DNA of 45,582 bases from Limisphaerales bacterium. GTDB taxonomy: Bacteria; Verrucomicrobiota; Verrucomicrobiia; Limisphaerales; SIBE01. Where the stretch lies: positions 1 through 45,582 of the forward strand of contig JBGAIN010000051.1 in NCBI GenBank assembly GCA_044225505.1, given 5' to 3'. The notes beneath the pieces were generated by a model. It ran no database searches, was not told where the DNA came from, and saw only the letters and a program-made list of their open reading frames with translations. A program made the translations under genes and the position numbers. Positions 9,965 through 20,620 of this stretch are shown here, piece by piece; position 1 is the stretch's first letter, and the number at the start of each line of letters is the position of its first letter.

Positions 9965-11155
9965 ATGAGAAGAAGCCGAGTTGAGATGCTACTTGTGGCG
10001 ACTGCGCTGGGAGCTTTTTGCCTCACTGGCTGTCATCGAGCGAAACCGGGCGCGGGGGTCCCCCCTCCGCCTATGGTGACAGCCAAGCAGCCGGTGACCC
10101 GCGATGTTGTGGAGTGGGACGAATATCCAGGTCGTCTAGAGCCGGTCGACATGGTCGAAGTGAGAGCCCGTGTCAATGGCTACCTGGAGTCGATCCATTT
10201 CAAGGATGGAGCGCTTGTCAACAAGGGCGATTTGCTCTTCGTGATTGATCCCCGGCCTTACCAGGCGGAAGTTGCCAAAGAGGAAGCGGCGTTGAATCAA
10301 GCACAAACCCGTTTGGAATGGGCGGTGAACGAGGTGGGGCGAGCAGAACGAATGGTCAAAGCACGGGCCATTTCCGAGGAAGAAGCGGACTCTCGGAACA
10401 AATCGCGTCGGGAAGCGGAAGCTGGCGTTCAGTCCGCCCGGGCGGCGCTGGATGTCGCCAAACTCAACCTGGAATACACGCGCGTTACCGCCCCTGTCAC
10501 CGGTCGGATTGGCCGCAAACTCATCACCGAAGGGAACCTGGTGAACAGCGGACAAGGGCAGTCGACATTGCTGACAACGATTGTTTCCGTCGACCCGATC
10601 TACTGCTATTTCGATGCGGATGAGCGGTCGGTGTTGAAATACCAACAGCTCCATCGGGAAGGGAAGGGCTTGAATCTCCGCAACGGCCAGGTCGAATGTG
10701 AGTTGGAATTGGCGAACGAAACTGGTTTTCCCCACAAAGGCGTGCTTGATTTTGTGGATAATCGAGTGAATTCGGCGACGGGAACGCTGCGTGTCCGCGG
10801 GGTCTTTGCCAATCCTGCACCGGACTTTGTGCTGCAACCGGGCTTTTTCGCGCGGGTGCGGGTGCCAGGGAGTTCCAAGTATTCGGCATTGCTCATTCCA
10901 GACCAGGCGATCGGGAGCGACCAGGGGCAGAAGTTTGTCTACACGGTTACCGAGGAGAACGCGGTCGAGTATAAGCTCGTTCAGCTAGGCCCATTATTCG
11001 ATGGGTTGAGAGTGGTTCGAAATGGCTTGGCGCCGGGCGACTGGGTGGTCGTGAACGGGCTGATGAGTGTTCGTCCGGGGGCGAAGGTGAAAGCGGACCG
11101 GGTCGGGCCTGGAAATGGGCCGCAAGCCGGGCCGCTTGCCCAGGCGCAGCCTTAG
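9965..11155 (+). CDS. RND efflux periplasmic adaptor (MFP), MexE-like lipoprotein
   Basis: Lipobox LTGC; VEVRARVNGYL, VNKGDLLFVIDPRPY, LNLEYTRVTAPVTGRIG, TGTLRVRG. Confidence 0.95.
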   Translation: MRRSRVEMLLVATALGAFCLTGCHRAKPGAGVPPPPMVTAKQPVTRDVVEWDEYPGRLEPVDMVEVRARVNGYLESIHFKDGALVNKGDLLFVIDPRPYQAEVAKEEAALNQAQTRLEWAVNEVGRAERMVKARAISEEEADSRNKSRREAEAGVQSARAALDVAKLNLEYTRVTAPVTGRIGRKLITEGNLVNSGQGQSTLLTTIVSVDPIYCYFDADERSVLKYQQLHREGKGLNLRNGQVECELELANETGFPHKGVLDFVDNRVNSATGTLRVRGVFANPAPDFVLQPGFFARVRVPGSSKYSALLIPDQAIGSDQGQKFVYTVTEENAVEYKLVQLGPLFDGLRVVRNGLAPGDWVVVNGLMSVRPGAKVKADRVGPGNGPQAGPLAQAQP

Positions 11156-11185
11156 CTCGGTGAGCTTACTTATACCTCAGCGCCC

Positions 11186-14100
11186 ATGAAATTCTCACAT
11201 TTCTTCATCGATCGTCCCATTTTCGCGTCCGTTCTTTCGATCGTCATTGTGCTGGTGGGGGGATTAGCGATTCTGCAACTCCCGGTCGCCCAGTACCCCG
11301 ATATCGTTCCGCCGACGGTGATTGTGACGGCGCGTTATCCGGGGGCAAATCCGCAAGTGTTGGCCGATACGGTGGCAGCACCGATCGAGCAGGAAGTTAA
11401 CGGGGTTGAAAACATGCTCTATATGTCAGCACAGTGCGCTGCTGACGGAAGTATGACTCTGACCGTCACCTTCAAGCTCGGGACGGATATCGATAAGGCG
11501 CAAGTCCAAGTGCAGAACCGTGTGGCGGTGGCTGATCCCAAGCTGCCCGAAGAAGTGCGACGGCTGGGTGTCACGGTTGCCAAGCGCTCGCCCGATATCA
11601 CACTCGTGGTGAATCTGATCTCGCCAGAAGGCCGATATGACAAGCTCTACATTGATAACTACGCCAATCTTCAGGTGAAGGACGCGCTTGCCCGTCTTCC
11701 TGGCGTCGGGAACATCACCATTTTTGGTGCACGCGATTACAGCATGCGGGTTTGGCTCGATCCGGAGAAAGTCGCGTCGCGCGGCCTCACCGCCAATGAC
11801 GTGGTCAACGCGATCCGGGAGCAAAACGTCCAGGTGGCGGCTGGGGTGCTCGGTCAGCAGCCGATGACTCATGGTGTTCCTTTCCAATTCACGGTCAATG
11901 CCCAGGGCCGGCTCACGGACGAAGTTCAATTTGGCGAGATCGTCCTTCGCACAGGGGACGATGGACAAGTGACGCGCGTCCGAGATGTGGCCCGGATCGA
12001 ACTTGCGGCGCGGGACTACAGCATGGATAGCAAATTGAACGGGCAGCCAAATGCTTCGTTGGGAATCTTTCAATTGCCTGGATCTAATTCCATTGAAACG
12101 TCGGACGCAGTCCACGCGCTAATGAAAAAACTGAAGCAGACGTTTCCGCCGGGGCTCGATTACCGGATTGTTTTTGATACCACAGGGTTTACGCGCGAGT
12201 CGATTCGCGCGGTGTTGCATACCCTAGCGGAGGCGATGGCTTTAGTAGTGCTGGTTGTGGTGATCTTTCTGCAGACTTGGCGCGCTTCGCTCATTCCGCT
12301 CCTGGCTGTGCCCGTTTCCTTGATCGGCACTTTTGCGGCCATGGTCGCGATGGGTTTTTCTCTAAACAATCTTTCTTTGTTCGGGCTGGTCTTAGCGATC
12401 GGGATTGTCGTCGATGACGCGATTGTCGTGGTTGAAAACGTGGAGAGACACATCGCGAATGGATTATCCCCGCGAGAGGCGACGCGAAAAGCGATGGACG
12501 AAGTCAGTAGTGCGGTCGTGGCGGTGGGGTTGGTGTTGACAGCCGTGTTTGTGCCTACGGCGTTTATTAGCGGCATCACGGGTCAGTTCTATCGTCAATT
12601 CGCGCTCACGATTGCGGTCTCGACCCTGATTTCCGCATTTAATTCGCTCACTCTTAGCCCTGCATTGTGCGCGATTCTTCTGAAACCACACGGCAGCCGA
12701 GGGGACTGGTTCACGCGGTTGATGGACCGAGTGATGGGCTGGTTTTTCAAGTTGTTCAATGCCAGCTTTGCTCGAGGGACCGCGATCTATGGTCGGGCGG
12801 TGTCGCGTCTCATTCATCTGAGTGCGGTCGCTTTGCTCGTCTACGGAGGCTTGCTCACATTAACCTATTTTGGGTTCAAGACGGTGCCGACTGGATTTAT
12901 TCCACCGCAGGACAAAGGGTATCTTGCGATGATGGCCCAGTTGCCGGACGCGGCCTCGCTCGAGCGCACCGGAGAAGTCATTGATCACCTCAGCAAGATC
13001 GCCCGTGACACTCCGGGCGTGAAAGCAACCATCGACCTGGCGGGGCTCTCGCCAATCAGCTTAACAGCCAGTCCCAATGCCGGAACGATCTTCGTCATCC
13101 TGGAGGATTTCGAGCAGCGAAAGAAAACCGGGCGCACGAGCGAGAAAATCATCGCGGATTTGCGACGCCAATGTGCCGGGATTCAAGAGGCTTTCGTGGG
13201 AGTGTTTCCACCCCCGGCCGTGCAGGGATTGGGCATTGTCGGTGGGTTCAAACTCCAAGTCCAAGATCGCGGCGGTTCCGGATTACCCGCGTTGCAGGCG
13301 GCGACCGGGCGTCTGATGGCGGCGGCAAATCAGAGTGGGCTAGTGCAAGGCGCATTGACCTCGTTTCGCGCGGGCGTGCCGCAGTACTATGTCGAGGTGG
13401 ACCGTGTGAAAGCCAAGTCCATGCGCGTGCCATTGAGCGAGGTTTTTGACACGCTTCAAATTTATTTGGGTTCGCTCTATGTCAACGACTTCAATTTGTT
13501 CGGTCGCACTTATCAAGTGACCGCGCAGGCGGACGCCCCGTTCCGCAAAGATCCCCAGAATATCCTCAATCTGAAAACCCGGAACGCTGCTGGTGAGATG
13601 GTTCCGCTCGGTACTCTAGTCAAGGTTCGCAGCGTGGCCGGGCCGGACAAGATCGTCCGGTATAACATGTTTCCTTCCGCAGAATTGACGGGCAATCCGT
13701 CGCCGGGAATCAGCTCAGGCCAAGCGATCGCTAATATGGAACGACTCGCTCGGGAAAACCTTCCGCCCACGATGGGGTTTGAATGGACGGAACTTACTCT
13801 GCAAGAAATCCTGGCAGGGAACACTGCGATATTTATTTTCCCGCTCTGCGTGCTGTTTGTGTTCTTAACGTTGGCGGCGCAGTATGAAAGTTGGTCCCTT
13901 CCATTGGCCATCGTCTTGATCGTCCCAATGTGTCTGTTTAGCGCGATTGCAGGAGTTTGGATGCGGGGCATGGACAACAACATCTTCACGCAGATCGGTT
14001 TCGTGGTGCTTGTAGGATTGGCATGCAAGAACGCCATCCTCATCGTGCAATTCGCGAAACAGCGCCAGGATGACGGCCTCTCGCGTTTCGATGCCGCGGT

Positions 14101-14350
14101 TGAGGCTAGCCAACTGCGTTTGCGCCCTATCCTGATGACTTCGTTCGCTTTCATCTTCGGCGTGGTCCCATTGGTCGTGGCCCGGGGCGCTGGGGCCGAA
14201 ATGCGCCAGGCGCTCGGAACGGCCGTATTCTTTGGGATGCTGGGTGTTACCTTCTTCGGAATCTTCCTGACTCCAGTTTTTTACGTGGTTATACGCTGGT
14301 TCACCGATCGACGACATCGAAAGACGCCCCATGCATCTCCCACCCATTAG
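11186..14350 (+). CDS. RND multidrug efflux permease (HAE1; MexF/OqxB-like)
   Basis: FFIDRPIFASVLS, LPVAQYPDIVPP, GIVVDDAIVVVENVER, GLACKNAILIV, RLRPILMTSFAF; 1054 aa. Confidence 0.96.
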   Translation: MKFSHFFIDRPIFASVLSIVIVLVGGLAILQLPVAQYPDIVPPTVIVTARYPGANPQVLADTVAAPIEQEVNGVENMLYMSAQCAADGSMTLTVTFKLGTDIDKAQVQVQNRVAVADPKLPEEVRRLGVTVAKRSPDITLVVNLISPEGRYDKLYIDNYANLQVKDALARLPGVGNITIFGARDYSMRVWLDPEKVASRGLTANDVVNAIREQNVQVAAGVLGQQPMTHGVPFQFTVNAQGRLTDEVQFGEIVLRTGDDGQVTRVRDVARIELAARDYSMDSKLNGQPNASLGIFQLPGSNSIETSDAVHALMKKLKQTFPPGLDYRIVFDTTGFTRESIRAVLHTLAEAMALVVLVVVIFLQTWRASLIPLLAVPVSLIGTFAAMVAMGFSLNNLSLFGLVLAIGIVVDDAIVVVENVERHIANGLSPREATRKAMDEVSSAVVAVGLVLTAVFVPTAFISGITGQFYRQFALTIAVSTLISAFNSLTLSPALCAILLKPHGSRGDWFTRLMDRVMGWFFKLFNASFARGTAIYGRAVSRLIHLSAVALLVYGGLLTLTYFGFKTVPTGFIPPQDKGYLAMMAQLPDAASLERTGEVIDHLSKIARDTPGVKATIDLAGLSPISLTASPNAGTIFVILEDFEQRKKTGRTSEKIIADLRRQCAGIQEAFVGVFPPPAVQGLGIVGGFKLQVQDRGGSGLPALQAATGRLMAAANQSGLVQGALTSFRAGVPQYYVEVDRVKAKSMRVPLSEVFDTLQIYLGSLYVNDFNLFGRTYQVTAQADAPFRKDPQNILNLKTRNAAGEMVPLGTLVKVRSVAGPDKIVRYNMFPSAELTGNPSPGISSGQAIANMERLARENLPPTMGFEWTELTLQEILAGNTAIFIFPLCVLFVFLTLAAQYESWSLPLAIVLIVPMCLFSAIAGVWMRGMDNNIFTQIGFVVLVGLACKNAILIVQFAKQRQDDGLSRFDAAVEASQLRLRPILMTSFAFIFGVVPLVVARGAGAEMRQALGTAVFFGMLGVTFFGIFLTPVFYVVIRWFTDRRHRKTPHASPTH

Positions 14351-15902
14351 TATTAGTCGCGTGAGCTCGACAGAACTTCGGACTCTATTTCAAGCTGCGT
14401 CCAAAGGCAGGTCGCGCCGTTGGATCAGTTTCCTGCGGGCCGCGCGGACGGGTTCACCCGCCAACCAAACGGTTGCGATCGCGATTTTCGTGACGCTCCT
14501 GGCTGGCTGTGCCGTTGGCCCGAATTATCGCCCGCCTCCCGCTACGGCCCCGAACGCCTTCGTCAACGGCGTCCAAAACAACGTCTCTTCTGCGGAAAGC
14601 GTGGTCACTTGGTGGAAAGGGTTTCGTGATCCGCAGTTGGACGACTTGGTGCAACTCTCACTGACGAATAACTATGACCTGCGGATTGCGACCGCGACAG
14701 TCCGGGAGGCACGCGCTCTCCGGCGATTTGCGCAATTTGACCTATTGCCGGTTGTGCAGGCTGATGCTGGCTACCAACGCTCCCATGCTAGCCGTGCGGT
14801 AACTCCTTTCTTGCCGGCGAGCGCATTGGATACCGAACTCTACGAAGCGGGCTTCGATGCTGCTTGGGAATTGGACTTCTTTGGGCGAGTCCGACGATCG
14901 ATCGAGGCCAGCACTGCGGAATTGCAAGCGGCTGAGGCGAATCGCCGCGACGTCCAGGTGATTCTTATCAGCGAGGTAGCACGGAACTATTTCGAACTGC
15001 GCGGCGCCCAGAACGAACTTGCCGTTGCCCAACGGAATGTGACCAACCAGCGTGAGACGCTGGCGATCACACAAGCTCGCCTTGAAGGAGGCGGCGGAAC
15101 CGAGTTGGACGTGGCCCGAGCGCGCGCGCAGCTAAACGTCACTCTGGCCACGATTCCGCCCCTGGAGACTGCAACCGCGCGGGCGATGCACCGGTTGGGT
15201 GTGTTGACTGGACAGCAGCCCACCGCGCTTGTCGATATCTTGAAAGTCCCGGCACCTCTCCCACCGTTGCCAGGCATGGTTTCCATTGGTAGCCCGGAGG
15301 CATTGCTTCGGCGTCGGGCGGATGTCCGCGTGGCGGAGCGTCGCCTCGCGGCCGCGACCGCGAGGATCGGAATAGCCACGGCTGACTTGTTTCCCAGAGT
15401 CACCTTTAACGGTAGCTTCGCGTTGCAGGCTACTTCCATTTCCGACTTGGGCAAATCTGGCACAGACGCTTGGGGTTTCGGGCCCCGCATCACTTGGGCG
15501 GCGTTGGATCTGGGGCATGTCCGAGCGCGGATTCGAGCCTCGGATGCACGGGCGGAAGCGGCTCTGAGTGCCTACGAACGGGTGGTGCTGACGGTTTTAG
15601 AGGAGACTGAAAATGCGTTGGTCGACTTTGGCCGTGAGCAAGTGCGCCGGGACTTTCTAAACGAATCGGCGCAAGCGAGCGAATCAGCCGCTCGATTGGC
15701 GCGGCAGCGATTTGAAGCGGGTGCGACGGACTTCTTGACCGTTCTCGACGCAGAGCGAGTTTTGTTAGAAGCAACCGACCAATTGGCACGCAGCCAGACG
15801 CGCACGGCTACGGCATTGGTAGCGGTCTATAAAGCCTTGGGCGGCGGTTGGGAGGCGGAAGCACAGGCCGCATCCGTGCAAACGACGGGCGCCTCTCGGT
15901 AG
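14331..15902 (+). CDS. Efflux outer-membrane factor lipoprotein (NodT/OprN-like)
   Basis: LLAGCAVGPNY lipobox, WWKGFRDPQL, WELDFFGRVRR, LLRRRADVRVAER, VYKALGGGW. Start uncertain. Confidence 0.93.
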   Translation: MHLPPISISRVSSTELRTLFQAASKGRSRRWISFLRAARTGSPANQTVAIAIFVTLLAGCAVGPNYRPPPATAPNAFVNGVQNNVSSAESVVTWWKGFRDPQLDDLVQLSLTNNYDLRIATATVREARALRRFAQFDLLPVVQADAGYQRSHASRAVTPFLPASALDTELYEAGFDAAWELDFFGRVRRSIEASTAELQAAEANRRDVQVILISEVARNYFELRGAQNELAVAQRNVTNQRETLAITQARLEGGGGTELDVARARAQLNVTLATIPPLETATARAMHRLGVLTGQQPTALVDILKVPAPLPPLPGMVSIGSPEALLRRRADVRVAERRLAAATARIGIATADLFPRVTFNGSFALQATSISDLGKSGTDAWGFGPRITWAALDLGHVRARIRASDARAEAALSAYERVVLTVLEETENALVDFGREQVRRDFLNESAQASESAARLARQRFEAGATDFLTVLDAERVLLEATDQLARSQTRTATALVAVYKALGGGWEAEAQAASVQTTGASR

Positions 15903-16134
15903 CCTAGGATTCTGTTGGGTTAGAGGAGTTGACCAAACTCCCCGCTTCGAGTGTAATCGCGAAGGGGATGATGGGAAGCGGTGTTTGGTCAAGGACCGCG
16001 GGGGAGGGGGGACCGTTGCTCGATTGTCATGGAAGCGGGTTGAGTGACCGGCGGGGCTGACGATCGTGGCAAATCGGCAAACATCGTCGCCATTTCGCGG
16101 TGTGAGATAGTGTTCTTAAGCAAGGAGGAGTGAA

Positions 16135-17451
16135 ATGAAATCGAAGCTAATAGTATTGCTCGTGTCGGGCTGGGCAACGTCATGTCTAGCCATCGTCAAC
16201 GGAGATTTCGAGGCTGGTCTGTCTGGCTGGACCCGGTTCACCGGTGGAGGTCAGTTTTATATCCAAGACCAGCCTGTCGAGTTTCATCCGGATCCCCAAT
16301 TCTACGATGCCTACGGATTTTCTACGGTCGACACTCGAACGGTTGACGGCGGTCCAGCGCTTTTCATTGACACAAATGGTTCACAAAGCCGGGTGGTCCA
16401 AGGTCCGGACGGCGCTTACTACACATTCCTAACAGACGGAGCTTCGAGAATATTTTGGGTTGGGGTGTCGCAGGACATTTACCTGCAGGCTGGCCAGATG
16501 CTATCGGGTTGGAGCCGTTTGGCCACCTGGGAGGTTTCGTCTGCGTATCATGATCATCTCGAAGTCACTGTCGACGAAACTGCCGTGCAGACGATCACCC
16601 TGTCCGATATTTGGTGGAGCTTCGTCGACCCCGCCTTCCAAGTCTGCGACTGCGGCGATAAGTCTCTGGCCTCGGCAGCGGGAGATTGGACGGCCTGGCA
16701 ATTCACTGCCCCGGTTTCGAAGGTTTACCGATTGAAGTTGACCGTGTTTCAGGACGACATCATCAACACATGGGCTTTTTTCCGCGATATCGAGGTTTCC
16801 AGTCCCAGCCCGCAAGTAACCTCCCTTTCCTTGGAAACTTCGTGCGCTTATTGGCACGCCCCCCAAGCTACTCTTGCCGCCCGTTTAAACGTGGCAGATG
16901 AGCCTCTGCCCGGGCGGCCTATCGAATTTGCGATCGAAGGGTCTCCGCTTGGAGTCGGCGTGACTGGCGCGGACGGCTGGGCGACCCTGGTGATCGACCC
17001 GAGCCGTTGGCATGTCGGCGAATACGAGGTCTCAGCGCGCTTTGCCGGCGAGGGTTCTTATGAGCAGAGCTCTGCCACAAAGAGTTTCGGTGTGCAATAC
17101 AAGTTCGTGGGGTTCCAGTCGCCGCTGCCAGACTTCCGTCTTCGAGCGAATAATGGAAAGATGATTCCTGTAAAAGTGCGACTCGCGGACTATTTTGACA
17201 CGCCGGTAAGCACTGGCGTAGCTCGAGTTTTGTACGCTCCCTCCAAGGGCGGCCAGTGGGCTCAAGCATTGGCAGCTCATCGCAATACGGGAAGCTTGAT
17301 GAAACCGGAGGGAAACTCAGGTCGCTACAGCTTCGACTGGGATATTTCGGCGTTGAGCGGCGCCTACTCGCTTGGGATCGACCTCGGGACGGGAGATTCG
17401 TGCGGAGGCATCCCGTCAGTAGAGGTGACAATTCCGCGCGAAGGCAAGTAG
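16135..17451 (+). CDS. Secreted hypothetical protein with jelly-roll-like N-terminus, Ig-like domain and PxKF-like C-terminus
   Basis: Strong RBS AAGGAGGAG; signal peptide; NGDFEAGLSGW start; GVTGADGWATL...VSARFAG Ig-like segment; YKFVGFQSPL...GKMIPVKVRL tail. Confidence 0.6.
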   Translation: MKSKLIVLLVSGWATSCLAIVNGDFEAGLSGWTRFTGGGQFYIQDQPVEFHPDPQFYDAYGFSTVDTRTVDGGPALFIDTNGSQSRVVQGPDGAYYTFLTDGASRIFWVGVSQDIYLQAGQMLSGWSRLATWEVSSAYHDHLEVTVDETAVQTITLSDIWWSFVDPAFQVCDCGDKSLASAAGDWTAWQFTAPVSKVYRLKLTVFQDDIINTWAFFRDIEVSSPSPQVTSLSLETSCAYWHAPQATLAARLNVADEPLPGRPIEFAIEGSPLGVGVTGADGWATLVIDPSRWHVGEYEVSARFAGEGSYEQSSATKSFGVQYKFVGFQSPLPDFRLRANNGKMIPVKVRLADYFDTPVSTGVARVLYAPSKGGQWAQALAAHRNTGSLMKPEGNSGRYSFDWDISALSGAYSLGIDLGTGDSCGGIPSVEVTIPREGK

Positions 17452-17601
17452 GCGTGACAAGGAGCAAAGGGCTGGTTTGACAACTCAGGGATTTTGGTCG
17501 CTTGCCTGACTTGGATTAAAGTTGGGCGGTGGAAGCGATGAATTTGGGAAGCTGAGCAATCGGATGTTTAAATGGGCTATTCCTGACGTCGATGTCCGGG
17601 A

Positions 17602-18219
17602 TTAAGCGGCTGTGACTGCTGGAGAAAGGCAATGTTCGATGCTAACGCGCATGGCGTTGACGAGCGTGGCCAAGGACAGTGCGTTGGAACCGACCGATTC
17701 TGCGCGGACAGAAGGGACGTGAATAAACCCGCCTCGGGCCTTGGACTGAGACTGGGCGAGTGCGTGCATAAGGCGGTAGAAAACCTGATTGCACACGAAG
17801 GTTCCCGCGCTCTCGGAGACTTCGGCTCGGATTCCGCGCGCTTGCAGGGCACTTACGATGCCTTTGACAGGCAACGTGCTCCCATATGCCGTTGGCCCGT
17901 TTGGTTCGATGGCTTGCTCAGTTGGCTGTTCGCCAGCATTGTCGGGAATGCGAGCGTCCATGAGATTGATGGCAACGCGCTCCGGCGTAACGGCGCTTCG
18001 TCCGGCCGCTAACCCGAGACAGATGACCAGGACGGGATGATGCAATGCGATGAGGCGTAATAACTCATTGCTCGCTTGACCGAAAACACAGGGCAGAACG
18101 GCCCCGCGAACGTGATGCGCGCCGATGACGGCACCGTTTAAGGCCTGCGCGATTTCGGCCGAAGGATTGAAAGTGTCTCCTCCAAACGGTTCAAATCCGG
18201 TAAGAAGCACGGTGTGCAT
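17602..18219 (-). CDS. pcp: Pyroglutamyl-peptidase I (pyrrolidone-carboxylate peptidase)
   Basis: VLLTGFEPFGG, ERVAINLMDARIPDN, SAGTFVCN (catalytic Cys), GGFIHVP. Start at ATG 18219 overlaps the upstream stop. Confidence 0.95.
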   Translation of the reverse strand: MHTVLLTGFEPFGGDTFNPSAEIAQALNGAVIGAHHVRGAVLPCVFGQASNELLRLIALHHPVLVICLGLAAGRSAVTPERVAINLMDARIPDNAGEQPTEQAIEPNGPTAYGSTLPVKGIVSALQARGIRAEVSESAGTFVCNQVFYRLMHALAQSQSKARGGFIHVPSVRAESVGSNALSLATLVNAMRVSIEHCLSPAVTAA

Positions 18220-19182
18220 TAGAACCGAAACACGCAATAGCTCATTAGAACGATGTTCGCCAGGAGAATTACCAGGGCCATCGGAGCTTGTGCTCGGATG
18301 ACGGCATGGGGATGTTCGATTTCGAGGAGCATCACAGGAACGATGTTGAAGTTCGCCGCCATAGGCGTTACCAGCGTGCCACAGTAGCCTGACAGCATTC
18401 CAAATGCAGCCATGATGGCCGGGTTACCGCCATGCTTCTGTACAATCAACGGCAAACCGATGCCGAGCGTAATCACGGGAAAGGCGGCGAATGCATTGCC
18501 TAGGCATATCGTGAATAGCGCCATGCCCAAACAATAGACCGCCACGGCCACGATCGGGATTTCTGTCGGAAAGAGATTCGCTACGATCGAAGCCAGTATC
18601 TGACCAACCCCCGCTTGGGAAAAGATGCCCCCAAGTGCAGCCAACAGTTGCGGCAGGATCAAAGCCCACCCGATCGAATGGAGCAGTCGTGCGCCCTCGG
18701 CCAGGGGAAGGCTCAGGCGGCTTCGAGTCAGACGTAGCCCAACCCCGGCAGCGATCAATCCGCCCAGGCCCAGGGCTGAGAGTGTTGGTTGTCCTGGATC
18801 TAGCAGCGACAGGTTGTGCCAACGGAGTTTGGCGAGGCAGAGAGTTCCCAGCGCCGTTGTTGCTGGGATCAAGAGTGCAGGCAGAAATAGCCAGTTTCCG
18901 AGACGATTGGCCATGAGCAATCTTTGCTCGGTGGAAATCACCGCGTCGACAGGGTCGGCCGACTTGACGTAAGGCGGCCAGAACGACCATGGCGAGCAAC
19001 ATCCATCCGACCCATGTGTAAGGCAGGCGTTTGCCGAGAAGGAAAATGAGCCCGAACAACCCCCAAAAACCGGCGGCGCCCCACCGGCGAAAGGCCGCCC
19101 CGCGACGCACACTCTGCACCGCAACACCCAAGAGGATGAGTCCCGCAATGGCATAGAACAACTCGAGCGAGAAGATGCTCAT
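18219..19182 (-). pseudogene. DUF979-family membrane protein (putative pyroglutamate transporter subunit) split by a +1 frameshift
   Basis: Hydrophobic N-terminus (MSIFSLELFY...AALRQVGR) is in the 19182 frame; C-terminus (RLGNWLFLPALLIP, IGWALILPQLLAALG, GNAFAAFPVIT, GYCGTLVTPMAANFNIVP) is in the frame ending at 18219. Removing one C near 18952-18954 joins them. Confidence 0.8.
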
Positions 19183-19871
19183 GAACAGCTTCTATTTGCG
19201 GCGCGTTGTCCGGCTCGCTTCGCTAACCGTCGGTCGAGCGCGCGGGCGCGCCAGCCCATGGCTACAAACGCGATCAGAGCGGTGGGGATGCCCCAAAGCG
19301 CGATCGCCCAAACGTTCAGCAAAACGCCCTGAGTTTCGAAGAATCCACGCATTAAAAGAACAGCTCCCACGGCGATGAAGATGTCTTCTCCGAAGAAGTT
19401 GCCGATGTTTTCGGAAGCGGCAGCGTGAGCGCGAATGTCGTCGCTGTCTTCCTTGGTCAACTCGCTCGCGTGCAAATGAGCGGCAGCTTCGGCCATGGGG
19501 GATACGAGCGGACGCACGGCTCCGGCATGCCCGCCGATGTTAATCCCTAGAGCAATAGAGATCTGTCGAATGGTTGCGTAAAGCCAAAGGACGCGCCCTG
19601 CGCTCGTCGCTTTCGACTGACGAATAAGTGTCTCCGCGCGCTCTCGCAACCCGTGACGTTCCAGCAAGCCAATGACCGGCACCATCAGGATCACAGGCAA
19701 ACTGACGTAGCGATTCTCCACAAAGAGCCGGCCAAACTCCCTCATCACTTCAGACAACGTCATGCCGGATAGCAGGCCAGTCACAATGCCCGCCACCATC
19801 ACAACAAGCAGCAGATTCGCCCGCATGACGAATCCGAGAACCACGACGAGGAGACCAATCAGTTTGATCAT
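19179..19871 (-). CDS. DUF969-family membrane protein (putative pyroglutamate transporter subunit)
   Basis: PVIGLLERHGLRERA, GGHAGAVRPLVSPMAEAA, ENIGNFFGEDIFIA; 4-bp overlaps with neighbouring genes. Confidence 0.88.
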   Translation of the reverse strand: MIKLIGLLVVVLGFVMRANLLLVVMVAGIVTGLLSGMTLSEVMREFGRLFVENRYVSLPVILMVPVIGLLERHGLRERAETLIRQSKATSAGRVLWLYATIRQISIALGINIGGHAGAVRPLVSPMAEAAAHLHASELTKEDSDDIRAHAAASENIGNFFGEDIFIAVGAVLLMRGFFETQGVLLNVWAIALWGIPTALIAFVAMGWRARALDRRLAKRAGQRAANRSCS

Positions 19872-20614
19872 CGTGATGGTGGTTCCAACGAAACATGTGC
19901 TGCCAGCAGTGCTTGGCGCAAGGCGCGCACCAAGTGCAAAGCGCTGGGACGATCACCGTGAACGCAGACCGTGTCGACGCGCAGAGCAATCTCAGCTCCG
20001 TCCACGGTGAGGATCTTGCCTTCTCGGACGAGCCGCAGGACCTGCGCCACAGCCTCGCCTTCATCCGTGATCAAGGCGCGAGCGTGGGTGCGAAGCGTCA
20101 GCGAACCGTCCGATTGGTAAGTTCGATCCGCGAAGGCTTCGCACGCAACTGGGACTCGGTTTTCGACAGCCATTGCTTCGAGGATGCTCCCGGCGGGTGC
20201 AAACAAGATAAGCTGCGAGTCCAGGAGTTGGATCGCTTTGATAACCGCCTGCGCTAGACTTGCATCGCGTGCGGTTTGGTTGTAGAGGGCACCATGGAGT
20301 TTAATGTGGCGCAAGGCCCCGCGTTCTTCGTCAACAATGGTCTGCAAGGAGCGAGTTTGAGTTACAATCAACTCCTGGACCCCTGCCGGGGTAACCGTTT
20401 GCTCTTGCCGACCGAAACCCGTGGAGTCGACAAAGGAAGGGTGGGCTCCGATGGCAATTCCGTGATCGATCGCCAAAATCACGGAGCGTCGCATCGTCTT
20501 GTCGTCCCCCGTGTGTCCACCGCACGCGATGTTGGCAGAGGTTACCAAGGGCATCAATTCGCCTTCGGCAGCGACTCCTTCCCCAAGATCACAGTTCAAG
20601 TCGAGGGAGCGCAT
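19868..20614 (-). CDS. pxpA: 5-oxoprolinase subunit A (LamB/YcsF)
   Basis: DLNCDLGEG, SANIACGGHTGD, GAHPSF, HIKLHGALYN, EAFADRTY, TVCVHGD. Confidence 0.95.
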   Translation of the reverse strand: MRSLDLNCDLGEGVAAEGELMPLVTSANIACGGHTGDDKTMRRSVILAIDHGIAIGAHPSFVDSTGFGRQEQTVTPAGVQELIVTQTRSLQTIVDEERGALRHIKLHGALYNQTARDASLAQAVIKAIQLLDSQLILFAPAGSILEAMAVENRVPVACEAFADRTYQSDGSLTLRTHARALITDEGEAVAQVLRLVREGKILTVDGAEIALRVDTVCVHGDRPSALHLVRALRQALLAAHVSLEPPSR

Positions 20615-20620
20615 GACGCT

